DNA from: an uncultured Myxococcales bacterium
GTDB taxonomy: Bacteria > Myxococcota_A > UBA9042 > CAIXZC01
Direction: 5' to 3'
Assembly: GCA_964626565.1 (NCBI GenBank)
Contig: CAZVFX010000002.1
Location: forward strand, 4,822-68,821
DNA length: 64,000 nucleotides
Under the pieces are notes generated by a model. That model saw only the letters and a list, made by a program, of their open reading frames with translations, did not search any database and was not told the DNA's origin. The translations under genes and the position numbers were made by a program. Of the stretch, positions 18,779 to 27,505 are shown one piece after another (positions within the stretch are counted from its first letter, which is position 1; the number at the start of each line of letters is the position of its first letter).

Positions 18779-20644
18779 ATGGACTTTAAGGCTGATCTCA
18801 GGGACATCAAGTTCAACGTATTCGAAATGCTGAAGGCTCAGGAATTGTCGCAGTTTAGCCGGTACGAGGAGGCCACCGAGGAGTTGCTCGAAATGGTCAT
18901 CGACGAAGGCTACAACTTCGCCCGGGAAGTGATCGGACCAACCTTCGAAACCGGCGACCGCGCCGGCTGTTCCTTCGAGGGCGGCGATGTGGTGATGCAC
19001 GACGACATCATCAAGGCGCTCAAGCAGTGGGGCTCCGACGGCTGGGGCGGTGTCACCGAAACCGTCGACTGGGGCGGCCAGGGCCTCCCGTTGCTCATGG
19101 CCTCAGTGCTCAACGAGTTCTTCACCGGCGCCAACTGCGCACTCTCCCTCGTGCCGATGCTTACCGTCGGCGCCGCTCACCTCGTCGAGCGTTTCGCTCC
19201 CGAGTGGGTCAAGGAAGCGTGCCTTGAGAAAATGTATTCACTCGAATGGACCGGCACCATGTGCCTCACCGAACCACAGGCAGGGAGCGACGTGGGCGCC
19301 AGCAAGTGCAAGGCCATGCCCATGGGCGACGGCGCGTACAAAGTGGTGGGCACCAAGAACTTCATTACCGGAGGAGACCACAACGGGGCCGACAACGTCG
19401 TCCACCTGGTGCTCGCCAGAATCGAAGGGGGCCCCCCCGGTGTCAAGGGTCTGTCTTTGCTGGTCATACCCAAGTATCGCTTTACCGAAGACGGCTCCAT
19501 CGGCGAGTACAACGACGTCACAGTCGCAGGCATCGAGCACAAGATGGGGATCCACGCGACTCCTACCTGCACCATGAACTACGGCGACAACGACGATTGT
19601 ATCGGCTATCTCATAGGCAAGGAGCATGGCGGCATCAGGCTTATGTTCCACCTCATGAATGAAGCCCGCATCTGGGTTGGTATGCAGGGCCTCGCCCTGT
19701 CTGCCTGCTCCTACCAGCAGGCGCTGACTTATGCGGGCGAGCGACTCCAGGGCTCGGATATCCGGAATTTCAAAGACCCGGCCGCACCGAAGGTACCCAT
19801 CATCCGCCACCCCGATGTGCGCCGTATGCTCATGACCATGAAGTCGTGGACCGAGGCGATGCGGGGACTCTTCCTTTCCGTGGCCTGGATGGAAGACATC
19901 GTGAGGGTCTCTGAATCCGACGAAGAGAAGAAGTATTACCAGGGTATTGTTGACCTGCTGACTCCGGTATGTAAGGCCTACGGCTCCGACGTGGGCCATG
20001 AGCTTTGCTCCACCGGCGTCCAGATCTTGGGCGGCTACGGCTATTGCAAGGAATTCCCGCAAGAGCAGTTGATGAGGGATGCCAAGATCGCAGCCATCTA
20101 CGAGGGAGCCAACGGCATTCAGGCCATGGACCTGTTCGCCCGGAAGGTGCCTATGAACGGTGGACAACTGTTCCGCAGCTACACCGGCGCGATCGACAAG
20201 TTCCTGGCCGAAACCAAGGGCAAGCACGACTGTCTCGACGATATCTTCGCCGCACTGGCGGAAGCCAAACTCACCCTGGTGAAGACCACCGTGAAAGTTT
20301 CCCATCTGGCCCAGGAGGATCTAGGCGCCGGACTACTGCAAGCGACCCCATACCTCAGGCTGTTCGGTCACGTGGCCTGCGCCTTTGAGTTGGCCAAGCA
20401 GGCGGTGGTCGCGCATAGCCGGCTGCGCGAAATTTATGATGAAAAAGGTGTGGAAACGAAGGACCAGCGGCAGGAGCTCTACGAGACCAACGCAGACGTG
20501 AACTTCTATCGGGGCAAAGTGCTGTCCGCCCGCTTCTTCGCCCACAACATCCTCCCCGCCGCGCAGGGCATTTCCAAAGCGGTCATCAACTCCGACCGCT
20601 CCTCCCTCGATGTGCAGTTCGGTTTGCAGGAAGAAAACGCGTAA
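18779..20644 (+). CDS. Long-chain acyl-CoA dehydrogenase (FadE-like, ~620 aa).
   Basis: GGGAGG RBS 7 nt upstream of ATG 18779. ACAD motifs CLTEPQAGSDV, FITGGDHN, and the C-terminal ACAD helical domain. Confidence 0.8.
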   Translation: MDFKADLRDIKFNVFEMLKAQELSQFSRYEEATEELLEMVIDEGYNFAREVIGPTFETGDRAGCSFEGGDVVMHDDIIKALKQWGSDGWGGVTETVDWGGQGLPLLMASVLNEFFTGANCALSLVPMLTVGAAHLVERFAPEWVKEACLEKMYSLEWTGTMCLTEPQAGSDVGASKCKAMPMGDGAYKVVGTKNFITGGDHNGADNVVHLVLARIEGGPPGVKGLSLLVIPKYRFTEDGSIGEYNDVTVAGIEHKMGIHATPTCTMNYGDNDDCIGYLIGKEHGGIRLMFHLMNEARIWVGMQGLALSACSYQQALTYAGERLQGSDIRNFKDPAAPKVPIIRHPDVRRMLMTMKSWTEAMRGLFLSVAWMEDIVRVSESDEEKKYYQGIVDLLTPVCKAYGSDVGHELCSTGVQILGGYGYCKEFPQEQLMRDAKIAAIYEGANGIQAMDLFARKVPMNGGQLFRSYTGAIDKFLAETKGKHDCLDDIFAALAEAKLTLVKTTVKVSHLAQEDLGAGLLQATPYLRLFGHVACAFELAKQAVVAHSRLREIYDEKGVETKDQRQELYETNADVNFYRGKVLSARFFAHNILPAAQGISKAVINSDRSSLDVQFGLQEENA

Positions 20645-20648
20645 AGAC

Positions 20649-20680
20649 AATTTTCAATCCTCAATTTTCAATTCTCAATC
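20649..20680. repeat. Heptanucleotide tandem repeat CAATTTT CAATCCT CAATTTT CAATTCT CAATC immediately after the stop codon.
   Basis: Read directly from sequence. Same CAATTNT family as 46418-46464 and 59480-59493. Confidence 0.6.
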
Positions 20681-20844
20681 TTGTCATGCTGACACCACCG
20701 ACTCTCTGATCATGGCACTTGGAACGGCCTTGCTGGAGGAGGTGGAAGGACCCCTCGTTGGTTCAGAAACTCTCGTCGATACCTTGACTATGCTTTCGTT
20801 CCTGAGTATACCAAGACGGTATTCATCCAGAGGGTTTGGGGCCA

Positions 20845-23800
20845 ATGTTCGGACTACGCTTCTCAGCCGCAGTTGTTGCCTGCTTCCTGACGCTTTCCTC
20901 CCTTTGTGCGCAGGAACCTCCCGCCCAACCCGAGCCCGAAGCCGTTCCTGAAACCGTACCTGAATCCGTACCTGAATCCGTACCTGAAGCTGCTCCCGAA
21001 TCAGTTCCCGAAGCCGCGCCCGAACCTGAGCCCCAACCTCCAAGCCCTAAGCCCCAGGCCGTCTTGGACACCGCCCCAGCGGTTCTAAGACCCCTTCTCC
21101 TCGACCTATACGCGTCCACCGACGCGCAGAAAGTAGACGCCATCCACCGGCTCGCCGAGACCAGGGACCTGCGCCTGGCGCCAGTTCTCGAGACCCTGGC
21201 CCGCCGGCATAAGTCGGCCTCAGTCAGGGTCGCGGCCATCCACGCCCTCGGATTCCTCCCCGACCCCGGAGTGGCCGACCTGCTTCGCCTTCTCGCCATG
21301 GCGCAGAGCAAACCCGGCCGGGACCGCCGCGCCGCGCTCCAGGCGCTGGCAAATCACGGAAACAACGAAGCCGCGGATCTCCTCTACGACCTGCGTCAGG
21401 AACTTCCTCCCGACCTGGGCAAAGAAGCGGTCGCACTGTTGGTGGAGAAATATCCTTCCCGTCTGGCCTACAGGCGGGCCCTGTACGATGGTCGCACCGA
21501 TGTTGTAGAGGCTCGGGAGCAGGACGGAGAGTTGGCGGAACTTCTAGCCGCACTTTTCGACCCTGCTCTGTCGGCACGCCGCACTACCGCGGCCATGGCC
21601 TTGGCCGCACTGGGAGACCCCCGGGCTATCCCTGCGCTGGAGGTCGCGCTGACGGACAGCTCGAAGGTGGTGCGACTCACCGCGGTTTCGGCACTCGAGT
21701 TTCTTCCCCACCCGGCGGCCTCCCACGCGCTGGCCCGCGGAGTCGCCGACCCGCGCTTGAACACGTCAGAGCGCGCCCGCTGCGCCCGCGCGTTGATGAC
21801 TCACGATAACAAACTTGCAGCTACGCTGGCCTTCGACCTGGCCTGGCGCCATCGCAACCTGTTTCAGGAGCATGGCCTGGATGAAGAGGTACAGGAGCTG
21901 GCGGCCCGCAGGCTGCCCGACCGGGTTGTGGCACGGCTGAGCGAGGACAGGGGACCCGGGGCTGGGGCAGATTTGGAGATCTTGCTCGACCTTCTCCAAG
22001 AGGACTCACATCTCAGGCGGCTTGAGGCGGTGCGCCGGGCGGGTGTCCAGCAAGCCGACGTGCTGCCCGCCCTGCTGCCCGAATTGAGGCGGCGGGGGAT
22101 GAAGAGTGAGGCGGTCGCGGCCGTGGGCGAATACCGCAAGCCGCCGGCTCGCCTCGCGCTGGCCGCCTTCGCCCTGGACCCTTCCAACGCGGAAACGCTC
22201 CGTCGCCAGGCGGTGGAAGCGCTCGCGAAACAGCCTGACCAACCCGCGGCCGAGGAAGTGATTCGCGTCTATCGGGGCAGCAGCGACGAAGAGTTCAAGC
22301 GCTTTGTCGTTCTGACTCTCATGCACCATCATCCGGCCGCGGCAGAGCGGGCCGGACTCACCGACGTGGTCATAGACCGCAGCGGTCTGGTTCCCATGAT
22401 GCTCGGCTGTGGCGTCCACGGCGCCATCGGCATGGTGCTGCTGTCCGATGCAGCCAATCCTTCCGAGGAGAAAATCACCTTCCTCCCCGCCATGGGCGGC
22501 GCGATTATCGGCGCGGGCGCACCGTTGGTGTTGACCCTCGGCGAAGAGGTGACTCCTGCCCAGGCGTTTTGGGTCACCTCGGGTGGCGCTTGGGGGCTGA
22601 CCCAGGGTGCCCTGCTGGGCGTGGCCTTGCGGGGGCCTGCCGATGATGGCGTGGAGGATACCGACCGCCGTTGGACCGAAGCGCTGGCCCTGACCGGACA
22701 GGTTACCGGCCTCGTCGGCACCTGGCTTACCCGGGACGGGATGGGAAAGGACCCCCTCCAGGCGGGCTTTATGAACACCTCGTTGGTGGTGGGCGGACTG
22801 GGCGGTCTTGGTGCAGCCATGCAGGAGGAGAATCGCTCCGCCAGAGCCACCGCGGCCTGGATGCTCGGCGGGACCACCGCCGGCCTGCTCACGTCGGGAC
22901 TCCTCGGGCCTGAGTTCAGGTATGGACCTCCCGACTACCCTCAGGTTTTCAGCACTACCTGGATGGGCGGCTGGACAGGGTACTGGGCTTTGCGCTCCAT
23001 TCGTCCGGGGCACGAAGGCGCGGACAGCGGAGGAATTCTCCTCGGTGGAACCGCAGGATTCGCCCTCGCAAATGTACTGGCGGCACAAACCGAACCCGAC
23101 ACCGGGTTTATCGGCTTTCTCAACTACTCGTTCATTGCGGGAAACATCGGCGGCCTCGGCATCGCCGCACAGTTTGAAGACTCCGACGGTGATGCGGTCG
23201 CACCCTGGCTGGTGGGCGGCGGCGCGACCGGGCTGGCCTTGTCGGGCCTGCTGGGAAGGGATTTCAAGTTCGGCCCCGCGGATCAGTACCAGACGCTGGC
23301 CGGGGTGGGCCTGGGCGCCTGGACCGGCGGGTATCTGTTGGACATCTTGCGGCCTGACCACGACACCGCGGCCAGCGGCGGAATGTACCTCGGGTCATCC
23401 CTGGGGTTCGCAGCCGGCTCCGTATTGTCCGCCTACACCGAGCCTTCCGGGGATGAAGTCACCCACGACCTCATCGGTTTCGGCATCGGGACCCCTTTCG
23501 GTGCGGGCCTGGGCCTGTCCATTCCCGACCTGGATACCGCGTACGTGGAGTCCCTCATGCTGCTGGGCGGCTGGGGCGGCCTGGCCACCGCCATCGCTAC
23601 CGAGGAGTACACCCGGTTCTCCGAAGGGGACCGCGCCCTGGTGGGCCTGGGAGGTATCTGGGGATTGTGGCAGGGCCTGGGGTTCCGGGAGATTCTCGAC
23701 GGCTCCGGTTCCAGGACCGGATGGGGAGCGGCAATGCTGGGCAGTTCCACCGGGGTAATCGTTGCGGGCGCGGCGGCTCAATACCTGGAGCCGGACATGG

Positions 23801-25011
23801 ATCAGGTAGGAAGAGCCGCTACCGGCGGGGCTCTGGGCGCCTGGTTGGGCCGGTCGGTAGGGATGCTGGTGCCCGAGTTGGATAGCCGCGGAATCATGTC
23901 CCTGGCCATGAGCGGCGGCTGGGCGGGCCTTATCACCAAGGGCTGGTACATACCGCCGGCGGAATTCACTTCCGGGGACTATCTCGCCATCATGGGCGGC
24001 GCCGGGTGGGGACTTTTCCAGGGCCAACTTATTGCCACCGCAGCCGACATGGGTGATGAGCGGGGTGACGGCACCAGAAGCCTTGGACTCGGCCTCGGAA
24101 TTCTCGCCGGAGAGGCTTTTGCCCGTGCGGGCAACCTTGAATTCAGCAGCGTGTTGTTTACCGAACTGAACGGTTATTCCGGGTCCGGGCTGGGCGCCGG
24201 TTTTGCACTTTTAAACGAAGACAGTAGCGACTCCACCGTAAGCATCGTCACCTCCCTGGCCGGCTGGGGAAGCAAACTCACCACCGCGATGGTGGCTGAC
24301 GAGCTGGTTTTCAGACCCGACGATACATGGGAATATCTTATCGGCCAGGGTTTTGGCATGGGTCAAGGGGTGGGGTATGCCGACTACGCGGATGCATCGG
24401 AGCGGCAGCAAGGCGCGGCCATTCTCATCGGCGCGTCGGCCGGCTACCTGGTGCCCATGGTCACCAACCAGTTTGTGGACTACTCTCCAAAGGAGGATCT
24501 GCTCATCACGGGCGGAGTTTTCTGGGGTCTTTGGCAGGGCGGCTGGTGGCCCTATGCGTTGGGTGGGGACGGCGACGATTCTCTTCTGTGGGCCCTCATC
24601 GGCAGTGACGTCGGGCTGTTGGCCTCGGGTCTGGCCCTTTCTCCTCTGTTCGACGTCTCGGCTGCCCGCCTTGGTTGGATCGAACTGTTCGGCATGGGCG
24701 GCCTGGCTCTGGGCAGTTCGTCGGCAGCCATATTCTCCAGCAATAACCGGACCATCGCCATGGGTATGTCCATCGGCTCCACCCTCGGTCTCATCGGCGG
24801 AATCTTCATGCCCGTCAAACCCGCGGCCGACTCCGGCGCCCGCTCTTCCTCATCCTTAGCTTCCGCGGACGAATCTTCTGCCTATCCACGCATCCGCATC
24901 GGCGACATCGAACTTCCCCCCATGTATCCCGCCACCTTCCTCGCCCCTCCTCCCACCGGCCAGTCCGACGCCGCGCCGGTAATGTGCTTCGGCGTCGAAG
25001 GGATTTTGTAA
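20845..25011 (+). CDS. Secreted 1388-aa protein with a Pro/Glu-rich linker, N-terminal HEAT (PBS-lyase-like) repeats and a C-terminal ~900-aa Gly/Trp-rich repeat domain of glycine-zipper-like segments.
   Basis: The listed ORF starts at TTG 20836; ATG 20845 gives the signal peptide MFGLRFSAAVVACFLTLSSLCAQEP. The PESVPESVPEAAPESVPEAAPEPEP linker is encoded by 12-bp DNA repeats. HEAT-like repeats (RLAETRDLRLAPVLETLARRHKSASVRVAAIHALGFL, ...). About 12 repeats of GGWGGLxxxx / GxxxGxxxG with conserved D..D loops. Confidence 0.6.
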   Translation: MFGLRFSAAVVACFLTLSSLCAQEPPAQPEPEAVPETVPESVPESVPEAAPESVPEAAPEPEPQPPSPKPQAVLDTAPAVLRPLLLDLYASTDAQKVDAIHRLAETRDLRLAPVLETLARRHKSASVRVAAIHALGFLPDPGVADLLRLLAMAQSKPGRDRRAALQALANHGNNEAADLLYDLRQELPPDLGKEAVALLVEKYPSRLAYRRALYDGRTDVVEAREQDGELAELLAALFDPALSARRTTAAMALAALGDPRAIPALEVALTDSSKVVRLTAVSALEFLPHPAASHALARGVADPRLNTSERARCARALMTHDNKLAATLAFDLAWRHRNLFQEHGLDEEVQELAARRLPDRVVARLSEDRGPGAGADLEILLDLLQEDSHLRRLEAVRRAGVQQADVLPALLPELRRRGMKSEAVAAVGEYRKPPARLALAAFALDPSNAETLRRQAVEALAKQPDQPAAEEVIRVYRGSSDEEFKRFVVLTLMHHHPAAAERAGLTDVVIDRSGLVPMMLGCGVHGAIGMVLLSDAANPSEEKITFLPAMGGAIIGAGAPLVLTLGEEVTPAQAFWVTSGGAWGLTQGALLGVALRGPADDGVEDTDRRWTEALALTGQVTGLVGTWLTRDGMGKDPLQAGFMNTSLVVGGLGGLGAAMQEENRSARATAAWMLGGTTAGLLTSGLLGPEFRYGPPDYPQVFSTTWMGGWTGYWALRSIRPGHEGADSGGILLGGTAGFALANVLAAQTEPDTGFIGFLNYSFIAGNIGGLGIAAQFEDSDGDAVAPWLVGGGATGLALSGLLGRDFKFGPADQYQTLAGVGLGAWTGGYLLDILRPDHDTAASGGMYLGSSLGFAAGSVLSAYTEPSGDEVTHDLIGFGIGTPFGAGLGLSIPDLDTAYVESLMLLGGWGGLATAIATEEYTRFSEGDRALVGLGGIWGLWQGLGFREILDGSGSRTGWGAAMLGSSTGVIVAGAAAQYLEPDMDQVGRAATGGALGAWLGRSVGMLVPELDSRGIMSLAMSGGWAGLITKGWYIPPAEFTSGDYLAIMGGAGWGLFQGQLIATAADMGDERGDGTRSLGLGLGILAGEAFARAGNLEFSSVLFTELNGYSGSGLGAGFALLNEDSSDSTVSIVTSLAGWGSKLTTAMVADELVFRPDDTWEYLIGQGFGMGQGVGYADYADASERQQGAAILIGASAGYLVPMVTNQFVDYSPKEDLLITGGVFWGLWQGGWWPYALGGDGDDSLLWALIGSDVGLLASGLALSPLFDVSAARLGWIELFGMGGLALGSSSAAIFSSNNRTIAMGMSIGSTLGLIGGIFMPVKPAADSGARSSSSLASADESSAYPRIRIGDIELPPMYPATFLAPPPTGQSDAAPVMCFGVEGIL

Positions 25012-25087
25012 GACAAGTGGCTACCTTGCATACGGTGTGCCCCTGTGGTAGTTTTCTCAAGTAAAATCGAGGGGAGGACGACCCGGT

Positions 25088-25318
25088 ATGAACATCCGAT
25101 TTTTAGGCCCCATAGAGGCGCCGCCCACAGACGTTGTGGAGAGCGTCGCCGGTTCGTTTGAAGGGGGTACCGTGAGGGACCTCCTCGGTAAGCTGGGCTT
25201 CACCGAACAGCAGGTGTGGTTTCTGTCGGTGCTGAAAGACCAGCAGCGCCTTTCACCCGAGGATGAACTTTCGCCCGATGACGAGGTATCCATCATGCTC
25301 CTGGTTGGGGGCGGATAG
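25088..25318 (+). CDS. MoaD/ThiS-family ubiquitin-like small protein (beta-grasp, C-terminal Gly-Gly).
   Basis: 76 aa. TVRDLLGKL...DDEVSIMLLVGGG* matches the MoaD/ThiS pattern (TV..L, DGDEV, C-terminal GG). RBS GGGGAGGA upstream. Confidence 0.55.
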   Translation: MNIRFLGPIEAPPTDVVESVAGSFEGGTVRDLLGKLGFTEQQVWFLSVLKDQQRLSPEDELSPDDEVSIMLLVGGG

Positions 25319-25327
25319 GAGGAAAGA

Positions 25328-27502
25328 ATGACCGGTCTTTTTCGCAAAACAGCGCTGGCCGTCGCAATGGTCCTGATCTGCTCCGTTCCGGCCCTCGCCT
25401 ATGAATACCGGGTGCCGATCCTCATTCAGGACGAGGACGACCTCAACGAGTTGTACTTCAGCAAGGATATCACCGAAGAGGAGCGCGACCGGCTGGTGAT
25501 CCTCTACCGGGACCCCCTCGATCCCAACACCGCAGACCGGGACGAACTGTACGACCTGCCCGGTCTCACCTACGCCATGGTGGACGCCATTATCGACCGC
25601 CGGGACGACAAGAACTTCACCCGTATTTCCCAACTGAAAAAGGTGCCCGGGATTACTCCGGAAATCTATACCCAGTTGACCTCGTTTATACGCATTGTCC
25701 CCAGAACGAAGAAAGGGAAGGGGGAAAAACTACACGGCAAGATCACCGTAAAAGCCATCGACCGCATTTCCGACAGCGACGACGATTATCCCGAGGGGTA
25801 CATCCGGGCCCAGGCCAAGAGCAAAGATCGAAAATACCAGTTCGGCGCCGCGGTAGTGGGCCTCAACTCCATTTGGCCCCCGACGTACAAGACTACGCCG
25901 AAGACTTATTGGAATTTCAGCCAGGACGGTGATCCAAAATATCTGGGCGACGGCGTCACTCCCGATTCCGATACCGCTGACCGGTACCTGCTCACCGATG
26001 GCGAGGCCATGCTTCCTTCCTGGCCCAAAGTGTACGCGATGGTGCAGTCGGGCAAAGTCCAGGCCATCGCAGGGAGCTACCGGGTGGGCTTCGGCCAGCG
26101 CATCGTGCTGGACAACAGCGGCCAGAGCAACCCCCACGGCTTCAAGCCGGACCTTGAAATCTATGAGGGCGAGAGCGGTTTCGGCCTCTCCAAGGGGTTC
26201 TTTGGCACGGCCGCGACCTACAACGACATGAAGGTCGGCAAGCTGGACATGGACGCCACCGCATTTTTCTCCTACTGGCGTTATGACCAGAACCAGTACC
26301 GGCTGAAGCACAAGGTGGAAGGGGTGGGCGGGGACGAACTGGAGAGTTATGCCGTGCTCACCTCCTACAAAACCCACCAGGGCGTCAAATACTACCGCAA
26401 ATTGAGTCACGTGACCCTCCCCCAGGCTTATTCAGAACTGATGGGCGGCGGCAACGTCACCTTGAACCTCGACTCCAAGTCCCACATCGGGCTCACCGGT
26501 TACGTGAGCAAAACCGGATTCTACCTGGACGATCCCGACACCGTCTTTGCCCGTCATGAGAAATTCCCCGAGCGGGAACTGTTCTACGCCGCGGGCGCCG
26601 ACTTCGCCTGGGCCTATCGGGATTTTCAGCTCTTCGGCGAAGCGGGCATGATGGACAACAGCTCCTATGCCGGCACCGTGCGGGGTATCGCTGAATTGGG
26701 AGACGTGATTCTGGAAACGTCGTATCGCTATCTTCCCTACGACTTCGACAATCCCCACTCCCGGGCGTATTCCATGAGCGATCAGTTCGAGGGAGACACC
26801 GACAAGGGTGAGCAGGGAGTCATGTTCACCGCCAAATACCGGGTGACCAAATGGCTGACGTTGAGGGTCGACGAAGACGTCTGGCAGGCCACCCGCTGGG
26901 CGGATGACGATGCGAAGGAGGAGTTCGGAGACAAGGAGAAACCGTGGCGTATGGAGACCTATCTAAGGGTTGAGACCAAGCCCACGTCCAAGCTTCGGAT
27001 CGGCACCTTTGTGCAGTTCAACGATAAGGACCTGTCAGAAAGCAGCCGGGACGAGAGCTACTCCGACACCTATGGTGCGGGCGAAAAATACCAGTGGGGC
27101 CTCCAACTTGCCAACCGCTTCAATAAGACCACCGCGCTGTGGGCATACTACAAGATCGGCTTCGAAGACGCCGCGCTCGGAGACGCCTACCAGAAGCGCC
27201 ACTATGGAACGTTGAAATTCACCACGCGGCCGCTGAAATTAATGGACTTCGCGATCCGGGCCAAATACCTCAAGGGTGAACTGGAAGAACTGCAGGGCTC
27301 CACCCGGGAGCACTTCATGGAAGGATACGTGCAGGTGGGCTTGAATTTCAACAAAGAGTGGAAGCTGGCGTTGCGAGGTATGCTGCGTCAGGACATCCTC
27401 GAGTCGGATCCCGAAACAGACGAGTCCCTCTCTTTCTCGGATGGTCTGAGCGAAGGTGACACCGAGATCTTCTGGAAAGCGATGCTGGACTACAAATTCT
27501 AA
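25328..27502 (+). CDS. Outer-membrane beta-barrel protein with N-terminal tandem helix-hairpin-helix (ComEA-like) motifs.
   Basis: Signal peptide MTGLFRKTALAVAMVLICSVPALA. Two HhH motifs LYDLPGLTYAMVDAIIDRR and LKKVPGITPEIYTQL. A long amphipathic beta-rich region ends in ...KAMLDYKF (C-terminal aromatic, OMP signature). Confidence 0.55.
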   Translation: MTGLFRKTALAVAMVLICSVPALAYEYRVPILIQDEDDLNELYFSKDITEEERDRLVILYRDPLDPNTADRDELYDLPGLTYAMVDAIIDRRDDKNFTRISQLKKVPGITPEIYTQLTSFIRIVPRTKKGKGEKLHGKITVKAIDRISDSDDDYPEGYIRAQAKSKDRKYQFGAAVVGLNSIWPPTYKTTPKTYWNFSQDGDPKYLGDGVTPDSDTADRYLLTDGEAMLPSWPKVYAMVQSGKVQAIAGSYRVGFGQRIVLDNSGQSNPHGFKPDLEIYEGESGFGLSKGFFGTAATYNDMKVGKLDMDATAFFSYWRYDQNQYRLKHKVEGVGGDELESYAVLTSYKTHQGVKYYRKLSHVTLPQAYSELMGGGNVTLNLDSKSHIGLTGYVSKTGFYLDDPDTVFARHEKFPERELFYAAGADFAWAYRDFQLFGEAGMMDNSSYAGTVRGIAELGDVILETSYRYLPYDFDNPHSRAYSMSDQFEGDTDKGEQGVMFTAKYRVTKWLTLRVDEDVWQATRWADDDAKEEFGDKEKPWRMETYLRVETKPTSKLRIGTFVQFNDKDLSESSRDESYSDTYGAGEKYQWGLQLANRFNKTTALWAYYKIGFEDAALGDAYQKRHYGTLKFTTRPLKLMDFAIRAKYLKGELEELQGSTREHFMEGYVQVGLNFNKEWKLALRGMLRQDILESDPETDESLSFSDGLSEGDTEIFWKAMLDYKF

Positions 27503-27505
27503 GCG

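Noticed and set aside
22006-23361. 451-aa minus-strand ORF inside the HEAT/Gly-zipper gene
   Set aside because: The + strand frame has a signal peptide, HEAT repeats and regular repeat structure. The minus-strand product is featureless and Arg/Gly-rich.
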